From assembly GCA_963727485.1 (NCBI GenBank), contig CAVSGM010000003.1, positions 160,001 through 224,000 on the forward strand: 64,000 nt of DNA. The letters are read 5' to 3'. The stretch's first letter is position 1. Every line of letters begins with the position of its first letter. Of this stretch, positions 1 through 10,981 are shown piece by piece. The notes under the pieces were generated by a model. The model had not been told where the DNA came from, searched no databases, and was given only the letters and a program-made list of their open reading frames with translations. The DNA is from an uncultured delta proteobacterium. GTDB lineage: Bacteria; Myxococcota; Myxococcia; SLRQ01. Position numbers and translations under genes: made by a program.

Positions 1-1006
1 CGAGGTCGGTGTTCCGGTCGGCGAAGACCCGGCGCAGGGTCTCGATGAGCAGGTGCAGCGAGCGCACCGAGTGCCAGCCGTCCCGGTCGAGGTCGAAGCG
101 CGAGAGGAGGTTGAGGGCCTCGGCCAGCGCGATGCCCCCGGACGAGGGCGGCGGCATGCTCTCGATGGTCAGCCCCCGGTAGTGGGCGACGATGGGGCGC
201 CGCTCGGTGGGGCGGTAGGCGGCGAGGTCGTCGGCGGTGAGGACCCCGCCGCCGGCGGCGCTCCCCGTGGCGATGGCCGCGGCCACCGGCCCCGCGTAGA
301 AGGCCCGGGCTCCGTCTTTGGCGATGGCCGTGAGGGTCCTGGCCAGCTCGGGCTGGACGACGCGGTGGCCGAGGGGCGGGACCTGCGGCGGCCCGCCGTC
401 CGGGCCCGGGACCAGGAAGATCCGCGCCGCCGACGGGTCCTTCCGGAGCAGGGCCAGGCGCCACGCGGCGACCTCCCGGTACCGGGGCGTGACCCGGAAG
501 CCCGCCTTGGCCAGCGCGATCGCCGGGGCCATGACCTGGGCCCTCGGGAGGGTGCCCCACTTCGCCAGGGCGTGGAGCAGACCGGCGACCTCGCCGGGGA
601 CCGCCACCGAGAGCCACCCGTCCCGGGACAGGTGGGGCACGTACGTGCCGTGGACGAGGTACATGTCCCGGCTCGCCTTCAGGGGCGCCATCTCCCGGAA
701 GTCCAGGGTCGTCGTCTTCCCGGCGAGCTTCTGGTGGAGGACCAGGAAGCCCCCGCCGCCGAGGCCCGAGCTGTAGGGCTCGCACACGGCGAGGGCGAAG
801 GTGGCGGCGACGGCGGCGTCGACGGCGTTCCCCCCGGCCTTCAGCATGGCCAGGCCGGCGGCGGTGGCCTCGGGGCGGGCGGTGACCACCATCCCGTTCG
901 CGCCGCGCACCGGCGGCGGGGCGGCGGCCCGCGCGGCACGCCCCGGTGCGAGGATCAGGGCCAGGGTGGCGAGGGCGAGGGCGAGGGGTCGGGGAGCGCG
1001 GCGCAT
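1..1006 (-). CDS. ggt: Gamma-glutamyltransferase (3' end outside window)
   Basis: Manual translation from ATG 1006 gives a signal peptide, then GANGMVVTARPEATAAGLAMLKAGGNAVDAAVAATFALAVCEPYSSGLGGGGF, LDFREMAP and SMPPPSSGG, all canonical GGT motifs. Confidence 0.93.
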   Translation of the reverse strand, partial: MRRAPRPLALALATLALILAPGRAARAAAPPPVRGANGMVVTARPEATAAGLAMLKAGGNAVDAAVAATFALAVCEPYSSGLGGGGFLVLHQKLAGKTTTLDFREMAPLKASRDMYLVHGTYVPHLSRDGWLSVAVPGEVAGLLHALAKWGTLPRAQVMAPAIALAKAGFRVTPRYREVAAWRLALLRKDPSAARIFLVPGPDGGPPQVPPLGHRVVQPELARTLTAIAKDGARAFYAGPVAAAIATGSAAGGGVLTADDLAAYRPTERRPIVAHYRGLTIESMPPPSSGGIALAEALNLLSRFDLDRDGWHSVRSLHLLIETLRRVFADRNTDL

Positions 1007-1182
1007 CACCGGTCCACCCAAGCCCGACCGGCCCGGGATTTCAAGGCCCCCGGGCGCGCGACGGGTCGCCGAGCCGTGACCCCGGTCGACACACGACGAA
1101 AATGGCGGCCAATCGGCGGTTGACAACGGCCCCATAAGGCGGCTTGCCTAGTGGGCGATGCGGGGGCCGGCCAGAGAACCAG

Positions 1183-2172
1183 ATGGAGTTCAACCGCCTT
1201 GACGTGCCGCGCCCGGCGTGGCCCTCGGGGCCGCTGCCGGCGGCGATCTCCGCTCTCTCCTCGTGGGCCCTGGGTCTCGCCGCGGGGCTGACGGGGATCT
1301 TCGGTCTCCGGGCCCTCGGCGCCGGCGGCGCCGATCCCTGGGGCCTCGCCGTGGCCCCGCTGGGCATCGTCGCCGGGGCGGCGCTGGTGGAGGCCCTGTG
1401 GCCGGCGCGGATCGTGGTGCGGCGCCAGGGCGAGGTGGTGCGCGCCGGCCGGCTGCGCCTCCCGGTGGGGGTCGGCGACCTCGGGGTGACCCGGGTGGCG
1501 TCCGGCGGGGGCGAGACCTACGCCGTGCGGTGGATCGGACCTGGGGGCGAGGTGCGCCCCTGCGCCACCGGCTCCGACCCGGCGGTGATCGACGCCTACG
1601 CCGAGGGCCTCGGCCTGGTGGGGGGCTACGCGGTGCGGTGGGCCGGCCGGCGCCCGGCGGCGCGCCCGGCGGCGGACCCGGTGGTCCTCTCCCGGGCGGT
1701 GCGCCTCACCCGCCCGGCCCCGGGGACGGTGGCCCTGCGGCCCCGGGGTCCCGGGTGGCGCGAGCTCCTCCTCGGGAGCCTGGTGCTGTGGACGGGGACG
1801 GCCCTGGCGGTGGCGGTGGCCTACCCCTTCGCCCCCGGGCCCCTGGACTTCGGGTCGACGCTCCTGGCCTGGGAGGGCGCCTCCACGCTCCTGCTCGGGG
1901 TCTACGCCGCCGCGCCGGCGGTGGCGGGCCTGGAGCTGGTCGCCTCCCCGGCGGGCCTCACCCGGATGAGGCGCCTCCTCGGCGCCCTGGTGGCCAGCCG
2001 CCGGCGCCTCGCCCCCGAGGTGGTGGTCGCCATCTCCCTGACCCGGCGCAGCCGGTGGCAGCTCTTCGCCGCTACCGCCGACGGTCCGGTGGGCCTGGGC
2101 CGCTACACCCTCCGAGGGGACGCGGAGGGGGTCCGCACGCTCCTCCAGGCGGCCCTCGACGGCGAGGCCTAG
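1183..2172 (+). CDS. Hypothetical membrane protein
   Basis: ORF MEFNRLDVPR... has two pairs of hydrophobic segments and GC3-rich codons; convergent with hemW. Confidence 0.6.
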   Translation: MEFNRLDVPRPAWPSGPLPAAISALSSWALGLAAGLTGIFGLRALGAGGADPWGLAVAPLGIVAGAALVEALWPARIVVRRQGEVVRAGRLRLPVGVGDLGVTRVASGGGETYAVRWIGPGGEVRPCATGSDPAVIDAYAEGLGLVGGYAVRWAGRRPAARPAADPVVLSRAVRLTRPAPGTVALRPRGPGWRELLLGSLVLWTGTALAVAVAYPFAPGPLDFGSTLLAWEGASTLLLGVYAAAPAVAGLELVASPAGLTRMRRLLGALVASRRRLAPEVVVAISLTRRSRWQLFAATADGPVGLGRYTLRGDAEGVRTLLQAALDGEA

Positions 2173-3317
2173 AGGAAGCGCAGGGCCACGGTGTCCTGGA
2201 ACCGGAGCCCCCGGGCGGTGGGCGCCACCCGGTCCCCGTCCCGGGCGAGGAGCCCCTCGGCGACGAGGCCCTCGAGGGCGCCGGCGTGGCGCACCCGGGG
2301 ATCGACGCCGGTGCGCCGGAAGAGGGCGTCGAGATCCACGCCGTCGACCAGGCGCAGCCCGGTGAGCAGGGCCTCGGCGAGGCGGGTCTCCGGGTTCAGG
2401 GTCTCGGTGAAGGCGGCGGGGAGGTCGCCGTCGTCGAGGGCCCGGCGCCACCGGCCCACGCCCTTGTGGTTCTGGTAGCGGTGGGCGGCGCCGTCCCCGT
2501 CGAGGCGGTGGCCCGCCGCCGACGGCCCCAGGGCGAGGTAGGTGGCCCCGGTCCAGTAGCCGGTGTTGTGCACCGCCCGGTGGCCGGGCCGGGCGTGGCT
2601 GGCGACCTCGTAGCGGGCGAGGCCGGCGGCCTCGAGGGCGCCCCGGAGGGCGTCCTCCTGGGCCACCACCGCGGCGTCCCCGGGGACGGCGAGGGCCCCC
2701 CGGCGGACCTGCCGGGCGAGCGGCACCCCACTGTCCAGGGTCAGGGCGTAGGCGCTCACGTGGTCCGGGGCGGAGGCGGCGGCGAGGCGCCCGTCGGCGG
2801 CGGCCTCGGCGACGGTCTCACCCGGGGCGCCGTAGATGAGGTCCACGGACACGTCGTCGATCCCCGCGGCCCGGGCCCGGTCCACCGCCCGGGCGCTCTC
2901 GGTCGCGTCGTGCCACCGGCCGAGGGCCCGGAGCACCCGGGGCTGGAAGCTCTGGGTCCCGAAGGAGACCCGGTTCACCCCCGCGGCCCGCGCCTCGGCG
3001 AGGTGTCGCGACTCGGCGACGCCGGGGTTCGCCTCCAGGGTCACCTCGGCGCCGGCGGCCACCGGGACCCGGGCGGCGAGGCCCTCGAGGAAGCGCCCGA
3101 GCTCGGCGGGATCCCAAAGCGACGGGGTCCCGCCCCCGAGGTACACCGACCCCGCCGGCTCGGTGGGCCAGGGCTCCCGCTCCAGGCGCCGGTCGAGCTC
3201 GACGAGCAGGGCGTCGGTGAACGCCCGCTGGGGGATGCTCGCGACCACGTGGACCCCGAAGTCGCAGTAGGGGCACTTGGCGGCGCAGTAGGGGAAGTGG
3301 ACGTAGACGGAGTGCAT
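2169..3317 (-). CDS. hemW: Radical SAM heme chaperone HemW (HemN-like)
   Basis: YVHFPYCAAKCPYCDF (CxxxCxxC), YLGGGTPS, EVTLEANP, YEVAS, HNTGYW. Confidence 0.92.
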   Translation of the reverse strand: MHSVYVHFPYCAAKCPYCDFGVHVVASIPQRAFTDALLVELDRRLEREPWPTEPAGSVYLGGGTPSLWDPAELGRFLEGLAARVPVAAGAEVTLEANPGVAESRHLAEARAAGVNRVSFGTQSFQPRVLRALGRWHDATESARAVDRARAAGIDDVSVDLIYGAPGETVAEAAADGRLAAASAPDHVSAYALTLDSGVPLARQVRRGALAVPGDAAVVAQEDALRGALEAAGLARYEVASHARPGHRAVHNTGYWTGATYLALGPSAAGHRLDGDGAAHRYQNHKGVGRWRRALDDGDLPAAFTETLNPETRLAEALLTGLRLVDGVDLDALFRRTGVDPRVRHAGALEGLVAEGLLARDGDRVAPTARGLRFQDTVALRFL

Positions 3318-3321
3318 CGCC

Positions 3322-4356
3322 TCACGAACCGTCCGGATCCGGCGGGACGTCCCGGCCCTCGCCGAAGCCCAGGGTCCAGAAGCGCAGGGTGCCCCCGGCC
3401 TCCCGGGCGGCCTCGACCGCCGCCTGGATCCGCGCCGGGGCCTCGAGCTGCCCGTCGTCGGCGAGGCGGAAGGTGCCGAAGTGGATGGCCACGCTGGTCT
3501 TCGCCTCGAGGACGTAGTGGGCGCGCACCGCGTCGGCGGGGGAGAGGTGGACCCGGCCCATGAACCACTCGGGGCGGAAGGCGCCGATGGGGAGCATCGC
3601 CAGGCGCACCCGGCCGAAGCGGGCGCGGATCTCGGCGAAGTGGGGGCCGAAGGCGGTGTCCCCGGCGAAGTAGGCGGCGCCGGCGGGGCCCCGGACCACG
3701 TAGCCGCCCCAGAGGGCGCGGTTTCGGTCCCAGGGCATCCGGTTGGAGAAATGCTTCGCCGGGACCCCGAAGACCTCGACCCCCGGGGCGACCTCGACCG
3801 ACTGCCACCAGTCGAGCCCGGTGGCCTTCAGGCCCGCCCCGGCGAGGATCCCGGCGTTGCCCAGGGGCACCACGAAGCGCGGGTGGAAGCGCGCCTCCAG
3901 GCGCTTCAGGGTGGGCAGGTCGAGGTGGTCGTAGTGGTTGTGGCTGACGAGGACCACGTCGATGGGCGGCAGGTCCTCGAAGCGGATCCCCGGGGGGCGC
4001 ACCCTCGCCGGGCCGGCGAAGCCCACCGGGCTCGCCCGCTCGGACCAGATGGGATCGGTGAGGAGGTTCACCCCGTCCATCTGGACGAGCATCGTCGCGT
4101 GGCCCACGAAGGTCACCCGCAGCGCGCCGGGGCCCACCCGGGTCGGCGGCTTCGGCCCGGGGACCGCGTCCTCGACCTTCGCCCAGGGCCCGGGCTGCCG
4201 GTGCCTTGCCCAGCGCAGGAGGTCGCCGAGATCCGCCTCCCCCCGGGGGTCGGCGATCTCGTTGTGGAAGCGGGTGCCGTCGAAGTGGTCCGTCACGGGG
4301 AAGGTGGCCGCGGCGCCGAGGAGGGCGGCGCCAAGGAGCAGGTGAAGCGGGCCCAT
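3322..4356 (-). CDS. MBL-fold metallo-hydrolase (NAPE-PLD/RomA-like), likely exported
   Basis: LLTDPIWSERASP, SHNHYDHLD, YFAGDT, LPIGAF, IHFGTF; N-terminal signal-like segment. Confidence 0.88.
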   Translation of the reverse strand: MGPLHLLLGAALLGAAATFPVTDHFDGTRFHNEIADPRGEADLGDLLRWARHRQPGPWAKVEDAVPGPKPPTRVGPGALRVTFVGHATMLVQMDGVNLLTDPIWSERASPVGFAGPARVRPPGIRFEDLPPIDVVLVSHNHYDHLDLPTLKRLEARFHPRFVVPLGNAGILAGAGLKATGLDWWQSVEVAPGVEVFGVPAKHFSNRMPWDRNRALWGGYVVRGPAGAAYFAGDTAFGPHFAEIRARFGRVRLAMLPIGAFRPEWFMGRVHLSPADAVRAHYVLEAKTSVAIHFGTFRLADDGQLEAPARIQAAVEAAREAGGTLRFWTLGFGEGRDVPPDPDGS

Positions 4357-4424
4357 GGGTCAGTGATAGGCCCGCGGGCCCGGGCCGCCCGCTCGGGGCC
4401 GCCGGCTCGGGGTCGCCGGGGGGC

Positions 4425-7008
4425 CTAGTCCATCCCCGAGAGGCGGCTGACCTCGCCGTTGAGGAACTCGTTCTCGTCCTTGAGGTCCGAGAGCTCCTCC
4501 TCGACGGCGGCGAGGCGCTTCTTCAGGGCCGCGGTGTCCCCGCCGCCCCCGCCGGCGGCCTTGGCCGCCTCGAGCTCCATCTTGTGGGCCTGCTGGAGCT
4601 TCTCGAGCTCGGCGGCGAGGCGGTTGGTGCGGGTCTCGCGGCTGACCAGCTCCCGGGAGAGGTCGGAGATCTTGGCGGACATCTGGTCCTGGAGCTGCTC
4701 CCGGCCGGCGGTGGCCTGGCGCGCCGCCTCGGCCTGGCGCCGGGCCTCGGCCTGGGCCTCGGCGACCTGGCCGCGGAGCTTCTTCGCCTCGCCGTGGGCC
4801 CGGCTGACCTCCTCCTCGAGGCCCCGGGTCGCGGCCTCGGCGTCGGCGGCACCCCGGTGGACCTCGGTCCGGGCGGTGTCGAGCTCGGCGGCGAGGGCGT
4901 CGGCGCGCTCGGTGGCGGCGGCGGTGTCGGCGCGGGCGGCGTCGATCCCGGCCTGGGCCTCGGCGAGCTGGGCCCGCAGCGCCTCGAGCTCGACGTCCCG
5001 GGCCTCGGCCTCGCCCCGGGCCTCGGCGAGGGCGGCGTCCCGGTCGGCGGCGGCGGCGCCGGCGCGCTCGGCGTCCTGGCGCGCGGCGTCGGCGTCGGCC
5101 TGGGCCGCGGCGGCGTCCTGGTGGGCGTGCTCGGCGGCCTCCCGGGCGGCGTCGGCGTCGGCCCGGGCCCGCGCGGTCTCGGCCTGGGCGGCGGCGACGG
5201 CCTCCTGGGCCTGGGCCCGCGCGGCGTCGGCGTCGGCCCGGGCGGCGTCGGCGTCGGCGTGGGCCTGCTCGGCGGCTTCCCGGGCCTGCTCGGTCTCGGC
5301 CTGGGCGGCGGCGACGGCCTCCTGGGCCTGGGCCTTCGCGGCCTCGGCCTCGGCGCGGGCGGCGTCGGCGTCGGCGCTGGGCCTGCTCGGCGTCGGCCTG
5401 GGCCTGCTGGGCGTCGGCCTGGGCCTGCTCGGCGGCGCTCCGGGCCTGCTCGGCCTCGGCCTGGGTGGCCTGGAGGGCCCCCTGGAGGTCCCCGACCTGG
5501 GCCTCGGCGGCCTCGAGGTCCTGCTGGAGCCGGGCCGCCTGGGCCCCGGCGGCGCCCCGGACCTGCTCGAGCTCGGCGGCGGCCTGCTCGAGGCGGGCGT
5601 CGCGGTCGGCGACCTCGCCCCGGGCCGCCTCGAGGGCGGCCTCGAGCTCGGCGACGCGCCCGTCGCGCTCGGCGAGGGCCTCGGCCTGGCCCTCGAGCTC
5701 GGCCTCCCGGTCGGCGAGGGCCGCCTCGAGGGCCTCCTTCTCGCCGGCGAGCTCGGCGACCCTGGCGTCGGCCTCGCCCCGGACGGCCTCGATCTCCGCC
5801 TCGGCCTCGCCGCGGGCCGCGGCGACGGTGGCCTCGGCCTGCTGGGCCGCCTCCGCCACCTGGGCCTCGGCCTGGGCGTTGGCCTCGGCGACGGCGGCGT
5901 CGGCGGCGGCCCGGGCCTCGGCGATCCGGGTCTCGGCGGTCTCCCGGGCCTCGGCGAGGGCGCCCTCGGCGTCGGCGATGCGCTGGGAGGCGGCCCGGGC
6001 CTCGGCCTCGCGCTCGGCGAGGGTCTCGTTGAGGACCTCGGAGAGGTCCTGGCGTGCCTGCTCGGCGCGATCCATGGCCTCGGCGTGGGCCCGGCCCTTC
6101 TCGACCACCTCCTCCTCGAGCTGGGCGATGGTGGCCAGGTGCTCGTTCTGCTCGTCGGTGGCCAGCGCCGCCTCGCCCCTGGCCTCCATCAGCGCCGACT
6201 CCAGCTCCTCCCGGGCCTCGGCCTCCTCGGCGCGCTCGGTCTCGAGGGTCTCGACGTGGGCCTGGTAGGCCTCGAGGCTCCCGGTCAGCTCGGCGATCCG
6301 GTCCGTGAGCTGCCCCCAGCCCTCCCGGGCCCGGCTCACGGCGGTCTCGAGGAGCTTGACCCGCTCCCGGAAGAACTGGGCCTTCTCGTCGGGGCTGGCC
6401 CCGGCGGGCAGGCGCCCGGCGCCGGCGAGGTCCAAGAAGGGGTCCGGGGGCAGGGCGTCGGCGTCGGGGGCCGGCGCGCCGCCCCCGGGGAGCGGCGGGG
6501 GCAGGGGCGGGGGCGCGGTGGCCCCGTCGCCGGGCAGGCCCCCCAAGGGCTCGCCGGCGGTGAGCTCGGAGATCCCCAGGTCCGAGGCCACCGCGTCGAG
6601 GCCCGCGACCTCGGCGCCGGCGGCGGGGAGCCCGGAGCCGCCCCCGGCCAGGGCGGTGAGCTCGGCGAGGAGCGCCTGCGCGTCGAAGGGCTTGTGGAGG
6701 TAGGCGTCGGCCCGGGCCTTGTTCTTCTTGTGCTGCTCGAAGGCCTCGGGGGTGGCCTCGCCGGAGATGAGGATCACCGGGATCTCGGCGAGCCCCTGGC
6801 TCCGGCGCAGGCGGCTGCACACGGTGAACCCGCTGACCTCCGGGAGCTCCACGGCCAGGACGATGGCGTCCGGGGGCTGCTTCCTCGCCGCCTCGATGCC
6901 CGCGTGGCCGTCGCCCACGGTGGTCACCGCCCACCCCGCCGGCTCGAAGGCCTGGGCCAGGGTGTGGGCGAAGACGGCGTCGCTCTCGATGAGCAGGACG
7001 TTGGGCAC
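4425..7008 (-). CDS. Pseudo-receiver + long coiled-coil protein (FrzS/AglZ-like); one frameshift near 5376
   Basis: GTG 7008: VPNVLLIESD...PDAIVLAVELPEVSGFTVC...FEQHKKNKARADAYLHKPFD, then a Pro-rich linker and E/A/Q-rich heptads. One extra base near 5376 joins it to the C-terminal ORF ending at 4425. Confidence 0.8.
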
Positions 7009-7129
7009 GAGGCCTCTCCCGGCGGCGGGCAAGCTCGCCCGAAGCGTCGAGAATAGACCGGCCCCCGGGCCCCGAACAAGCAGGCGGCGCTGGCGCCCGG
7101 CCCGGCCGTCCCCTATACGTGGGCCACCC

Positions 7130-9681
7130 ATGCGACATCAGCTCGACAACGGACTGACGGTCCTGCTCCAGGAGAACCGGGCCGCCCGGGTGGTGGCGAT
7201 GCAGGCCTGGGTCGACGCGGGCAGCGCCGACGAGACCGACGCCGAGAGCGGGCTGGCCCACCTCCACGAGCACATGCTCTTCAAGGGCACCGCGCGCCGG
7301 GGGGTCGGGGAGATCGCCCGGGCGGTGGAGGCCGCCGGCGGCGACATCAACGCCTGGACCAGCTTCGACCAGACCGTCTACCACCTGGTGATGGCGAGCC
7401 GGGACCTGAACGTCGGCCTCGACATCCTCGCCGACGCCCTGATGCACTCGGCCTTCGACGCCGAAGAGCTCGCCCGGGAGCAGGAGGTGGTCCTCGAGGA
7501 GATCAAGCGCACCTACGACAGCCCCGGGCGCCGCGCCTCCCGGGCGATGTTCGACCTGGCGTTCACCACCCACCCCTACAAGAAGCCGGTGATCGGCACC
7601 GAGGAGACGGTGCGGGGCTTCTCCCGGGCCGACGTGGTGGCCTTCTACCGCAAGCACTACCGCCCCGAGAACGTGACCCTGGTCTGCGTCGGCGACCTCG
7701 ACCCCGACAAGACCCTGGCGGAGATCACGCGCCTGTTCGGCGACTGGCCGGTTCAGGGCGACGGGGCGCGGGAGCCCGTGCGCGTCGAGGAGCCCCCCAG
7801 GAGGGCCTGCGGATCCGGCGGCGCGAGGAGGACCTCAAGGAGGTGTACCTCGACCTCGCCTGGCACGCCCCGGCCCTCTCGCACCCGGACGTCGCCGCCC
7901 TCGACGTGCTCACCCTGGCGCTCGGCCAGGGGGAGAGCTCGCGGCTGGTGCACCAGCTGCGGCGCCGGCAGCACCTGGCCAACGACGTGATGGCGTTTGC
8001 CTACACCCCCAAGGACCCGGGGCTGCTCCTGGTCTCCGCCCAGTGCGCCGCCGAGAAGACCGAGGCGGTCCTCGAGGGGATCCTCGACACCTGCTACCGC
8101 CTGCGCACCGAGCGCCTCCCCGAGGACGAGCTGGAGAAGGCCCGGAGCATCATCGAGGCCGACGCCATCTACCAGAAGGAGACGGTGCAGGGGCAGGCGC
8201 GCAAGCTGGGCTTCTTCGAGACGGTGGCCGGGGGCGTGGCCTTCGAGGACGCCTACTACCAGCGCATCCGCCAGGTCACCGCCGACGACGTGCGCCGGGT
8301 GGCGCGCACCTACCTCTCGACCGAGGGGCTCACGGCCGTCGCCCTCTGCCCCGAGGGGACGGCGATCACCGAGGACCGGATCCGGGAGATCGCCGAGGAG
8401 GTCGAGCGGCGCCACGCCCCGGCCAAGCGCCGGGCCCGGCCCCGCAACGGGCAGATCGTCCCCATGGACCTCTCCAGCGGGGCGCGGCTCATCGTCCAGT
8501 CCGACCACCACGTGCCCCTGGTGGCGATGCGCGGGGTGCTCACCGGGGGCCTGCGCTTCGAGACCCCGGAGGTCAACGGGATCCACCTGCTCATGGCCCG
8601 GATGCTCACCTCGGGGACGCGGACCCGGACCGCCGCCGAGATCGCCCGGACGGTGGACGAGTGGGCGGCGGGGCTCTCGGGGGTCAGCGGGCGCAACTCG
8701 TTTGGCCTCGGCGCCGAGCTCCTCTCGCGCCACCTGGAGAAGGGGCTCCAGCTGTTCACCGAGTGCCTCACCGGCGCCACCTACCCCGAGGACGAGCTGG
8801 ACAAGGAGCGCAGCCAGCAGCTCGAGGAGCTGCGCACCCGGGAGGACGATCCCTCGGGGATGGCCTTCGACCTCTTCGCCGAGACCCGGTGGCGGGTGCA
8901 CCCCTACCGGATGGACGTGCTGGGGACCCCCGAGTCCCTGGGGCGCCTCGACGCCGAGGCGCTTAGGCGGTGGCACCGCAGCCACTTCCCGGTGAGCCGC
9001 CTGCACCTGGGGATCGTCGGCGACGTGGATCCGGAGCGGGCGCGGGACCTGGCCGAGGAGGCCCTGGCGGCGGCGCCGGCGCCCGAGGCGATCGCGCTCC
9101 CCGAGGTCCCGGTGGAGCCCCCGGTCGACGGCCCGCGGCGCGCCGAGACCCACCTGGACAAGGCCCAGGCCCACATCGTCCTCGGCTACCCGGGCATCAC
9201 CCTCGACGACCCGGACCGCTTCGCCCTCGAGGTGCTCTCCACGGTGCTCTCGGGCCAGGGGGGGCGGCTCTTCGTGGACCTGCGCGACCGGCGGTCGCTG
9301 GCCTACTCGGTCACCAGCTTCTCCCTCGAGGGCCTCGACCCCGGGTACTTCGCGGTCTACCTCGGGTGCTCGCCGGAGAAGGTCGACGAGGCGGTCGAGG
9401 GGATCCGGCGCGAGCTGATGGCGCTCACCGAGGCCCCGGTCGAGGCCGCCGAGCTCGACCGGGCCCGGCGCTACCTCATGGGCGCCCACGACATCGGGCT
9501 CCAGCGGGCCGGGAGCCGGGCGGCGGTGATGGCCTTCAACGACGCCTACGGGGTCGGCTACGACGCCCACCTGGGCTACGCCGACGCCCTCGCCGGGGTG
9601 GACGCGGAGGCGGTGCTGGAGCTGGCGCGGCGCCTCCTCGATCCGCAGCGCGAGATCCTGGCGATCGTCCGGCCCGGGTGA
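7130..9681 (+). CDS. M16 (pitrilysin-family) zinc protease; frameshift near 7795
   Basis: LDNGLTVLL, GLAHLHEHMLFKGT (HxxEH), INAWTSFDQTVY; second half with RLFVDLRDRRSLAYSV. The frame break is at a C run. Confidence 0.92.
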
Positions 9682-9768
9682 GGCGCGGCGCAGGATCGGC
9701 GCGGGATCGGCGCAGTGCGTCTTGCGGCGCCCGTCGGCGACGCCTATAGCCTTTCCCTGACGCCTCCC

Positions 9769-10146
9769 ATGCCGGACGACATCGATCGGCGGCTCCACGC
9801 CCGCCCCCGCCGGGTCCACCGGCGCCTCGCCCACCGGGTCACGGTGGCCATCGGCCCCCCCGGTGGGGTCCTGCGACCGGCGGTCACCGGCAACGTGAGC
9901 ATCTCGGGTCTCTACCTCGAGGCCCCCGGGGCCGAGATCCCGGGGGCGCGCCTCGACGTGGAGGTGGTCCCCGGCGACGGCGAGCGCTTCCGCCTCCAGG
10001 GGGTGGTGGTGTGGGCGGCGGAGACCGGCGAGACCCGGGAGGGCTTCGGGGTCTGGCTCCTCGACCCGCCGGCGGCCTGGCGGGCGTACTGCGGCGCCCT
10101 GGTCGGGGGATCTTCCCCGGAGTCGCCGGGCCCGGACGAGGACTAG
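9769..10146 (+). CDS. PilZ domain protein
   Basis: RPRRVHRR (RxxxR), NVSISGLY (D/NxSxxG), GVVVW, GFGV. Confidence 0.8.
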   Translation: MPDDIDRRLHARPRRVHRRLAHRVTVAIGPPGGVLRPAVTGNVSISGLYLEAPGAEIPGARLDVEVVPGDGERFRLQGVVVWAAETGETREGFGVWLLDPPAAWRAYCGALVGGSSPESPGPDED

Positions 10147-10151
10147 ATTTC

Positions 10152-10496
10152 ATGGGCATGGAGACCTCGCGGCCCTTTCCCAGGTACAAGCGTCGGCTCA
10201 TGGTCCGCTACGCCTTCGAGGGGCGGGACTGGCGGCCCGGGTTCACCCGGAACCTCTCGGCCTCGGGCCTCTTCGTGGAGACCCGGCACCTGGAGCCGCC
10301 GGGCACCTCCCTGACCATGGAGATCGACCTGCCGAAGCAGGGCACGGTCCAGGTGCGGGGCGAGGTGATCTGGGGCCGGGCGGTGGGCCGGGGGCTGGAG
10401 CGGGTGGCGCTGGGGGGCTTCGGGGTGCGCGTGGTCCAGGCGGACGAGGGCTGGTACCAGTTCTGCCTGGGCCTCGGGGATCCGTACCGGGGCTGA
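10152..10496 (+). CDS. PilZ domain protein
   Basis: RPFPRYKRR, TRNLSASGLFV, GEVIW, GFGVR. Confidence 0.85.
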   Translation: MGMETSRPFPRYKRRLMVRYAFEGRDWRPGFTRNLSASGLFVETRHLEPPGTSLTMEIDLPKQGTVQVRGEVIWGRAVGRGLERVALGGFGVRVVQADEGWYQFCLGLGDPYRG

Positions 10497-10595
10497 GGCC
10501 CGGGCTCGGCGCAGGTCCTGCGGGCATGGGGGAAATCACCCAGGTCTTGCCTCCGTGACGCCGGCCGGTCAAGCTGGGGCCGAAAGGGGATGTCC

Positions 10596-10968
10596 ATGGA
10601 TCGACGCGAGTTCCTCCGCAGGGCCGGTCTCATCGTGGTTGCAATCCCCGCCGGGGAGCTCCTGGCGGCGTGCGGGGGCGCAGGCACCGGCAACCAGGGC
10701 GCCCACGGGGCCGACGGTGGCACGGGGCAGACCCAGACCTTCACCTCGACGCTGGTCGGCGGCCACACCCACGAGGTGACCATCGCGGTGGCGAACTTCG
10801 GCGTGCCCCCGGCCTCGGGCATCACCAAGACCACCACCCAGACCAACAGCCACACCCACCAGGTGAGCCTGACCCAGGCCGAGCTGAAGGCGGTCCACAA
10901 CGGCCAGACCGTGACCAAGGACACCACGGTCAACGCCGGGCACAAGCACAGCTTCGCCTTCGTGCTGA
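10596..10968 (+). CDS. Small Tat-exported His-rich lipoprotein (stop probably lost to an indel near 10965)
   Basis: MDRREFLRR Tat motif, LLAAC lipobox, HxH motifs GHTHEV, HTHQV, GHKHSF. An out-of-frame TGA follows directly; 3' end approximate. Confidence 0.7.
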
Positions 10969-10981
10969 GCTCGATCCCCTC

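Noticed and set aside
1120..1160. TTGACA upstream of the 1183 ORF as a sigma70 promoter
   Set aside because: No convincing -10 at 16-18 bp spacing.
4206..7657. Very long overlapping alternative ORFs (for example 4459-7056 +, 4523-7657 -, and 1218-3563 + nearby)
   Set aside because: Shadow frames of GC-rich genes: R/P/G-rich translations with no motifs, expected when stop codons are scarce.
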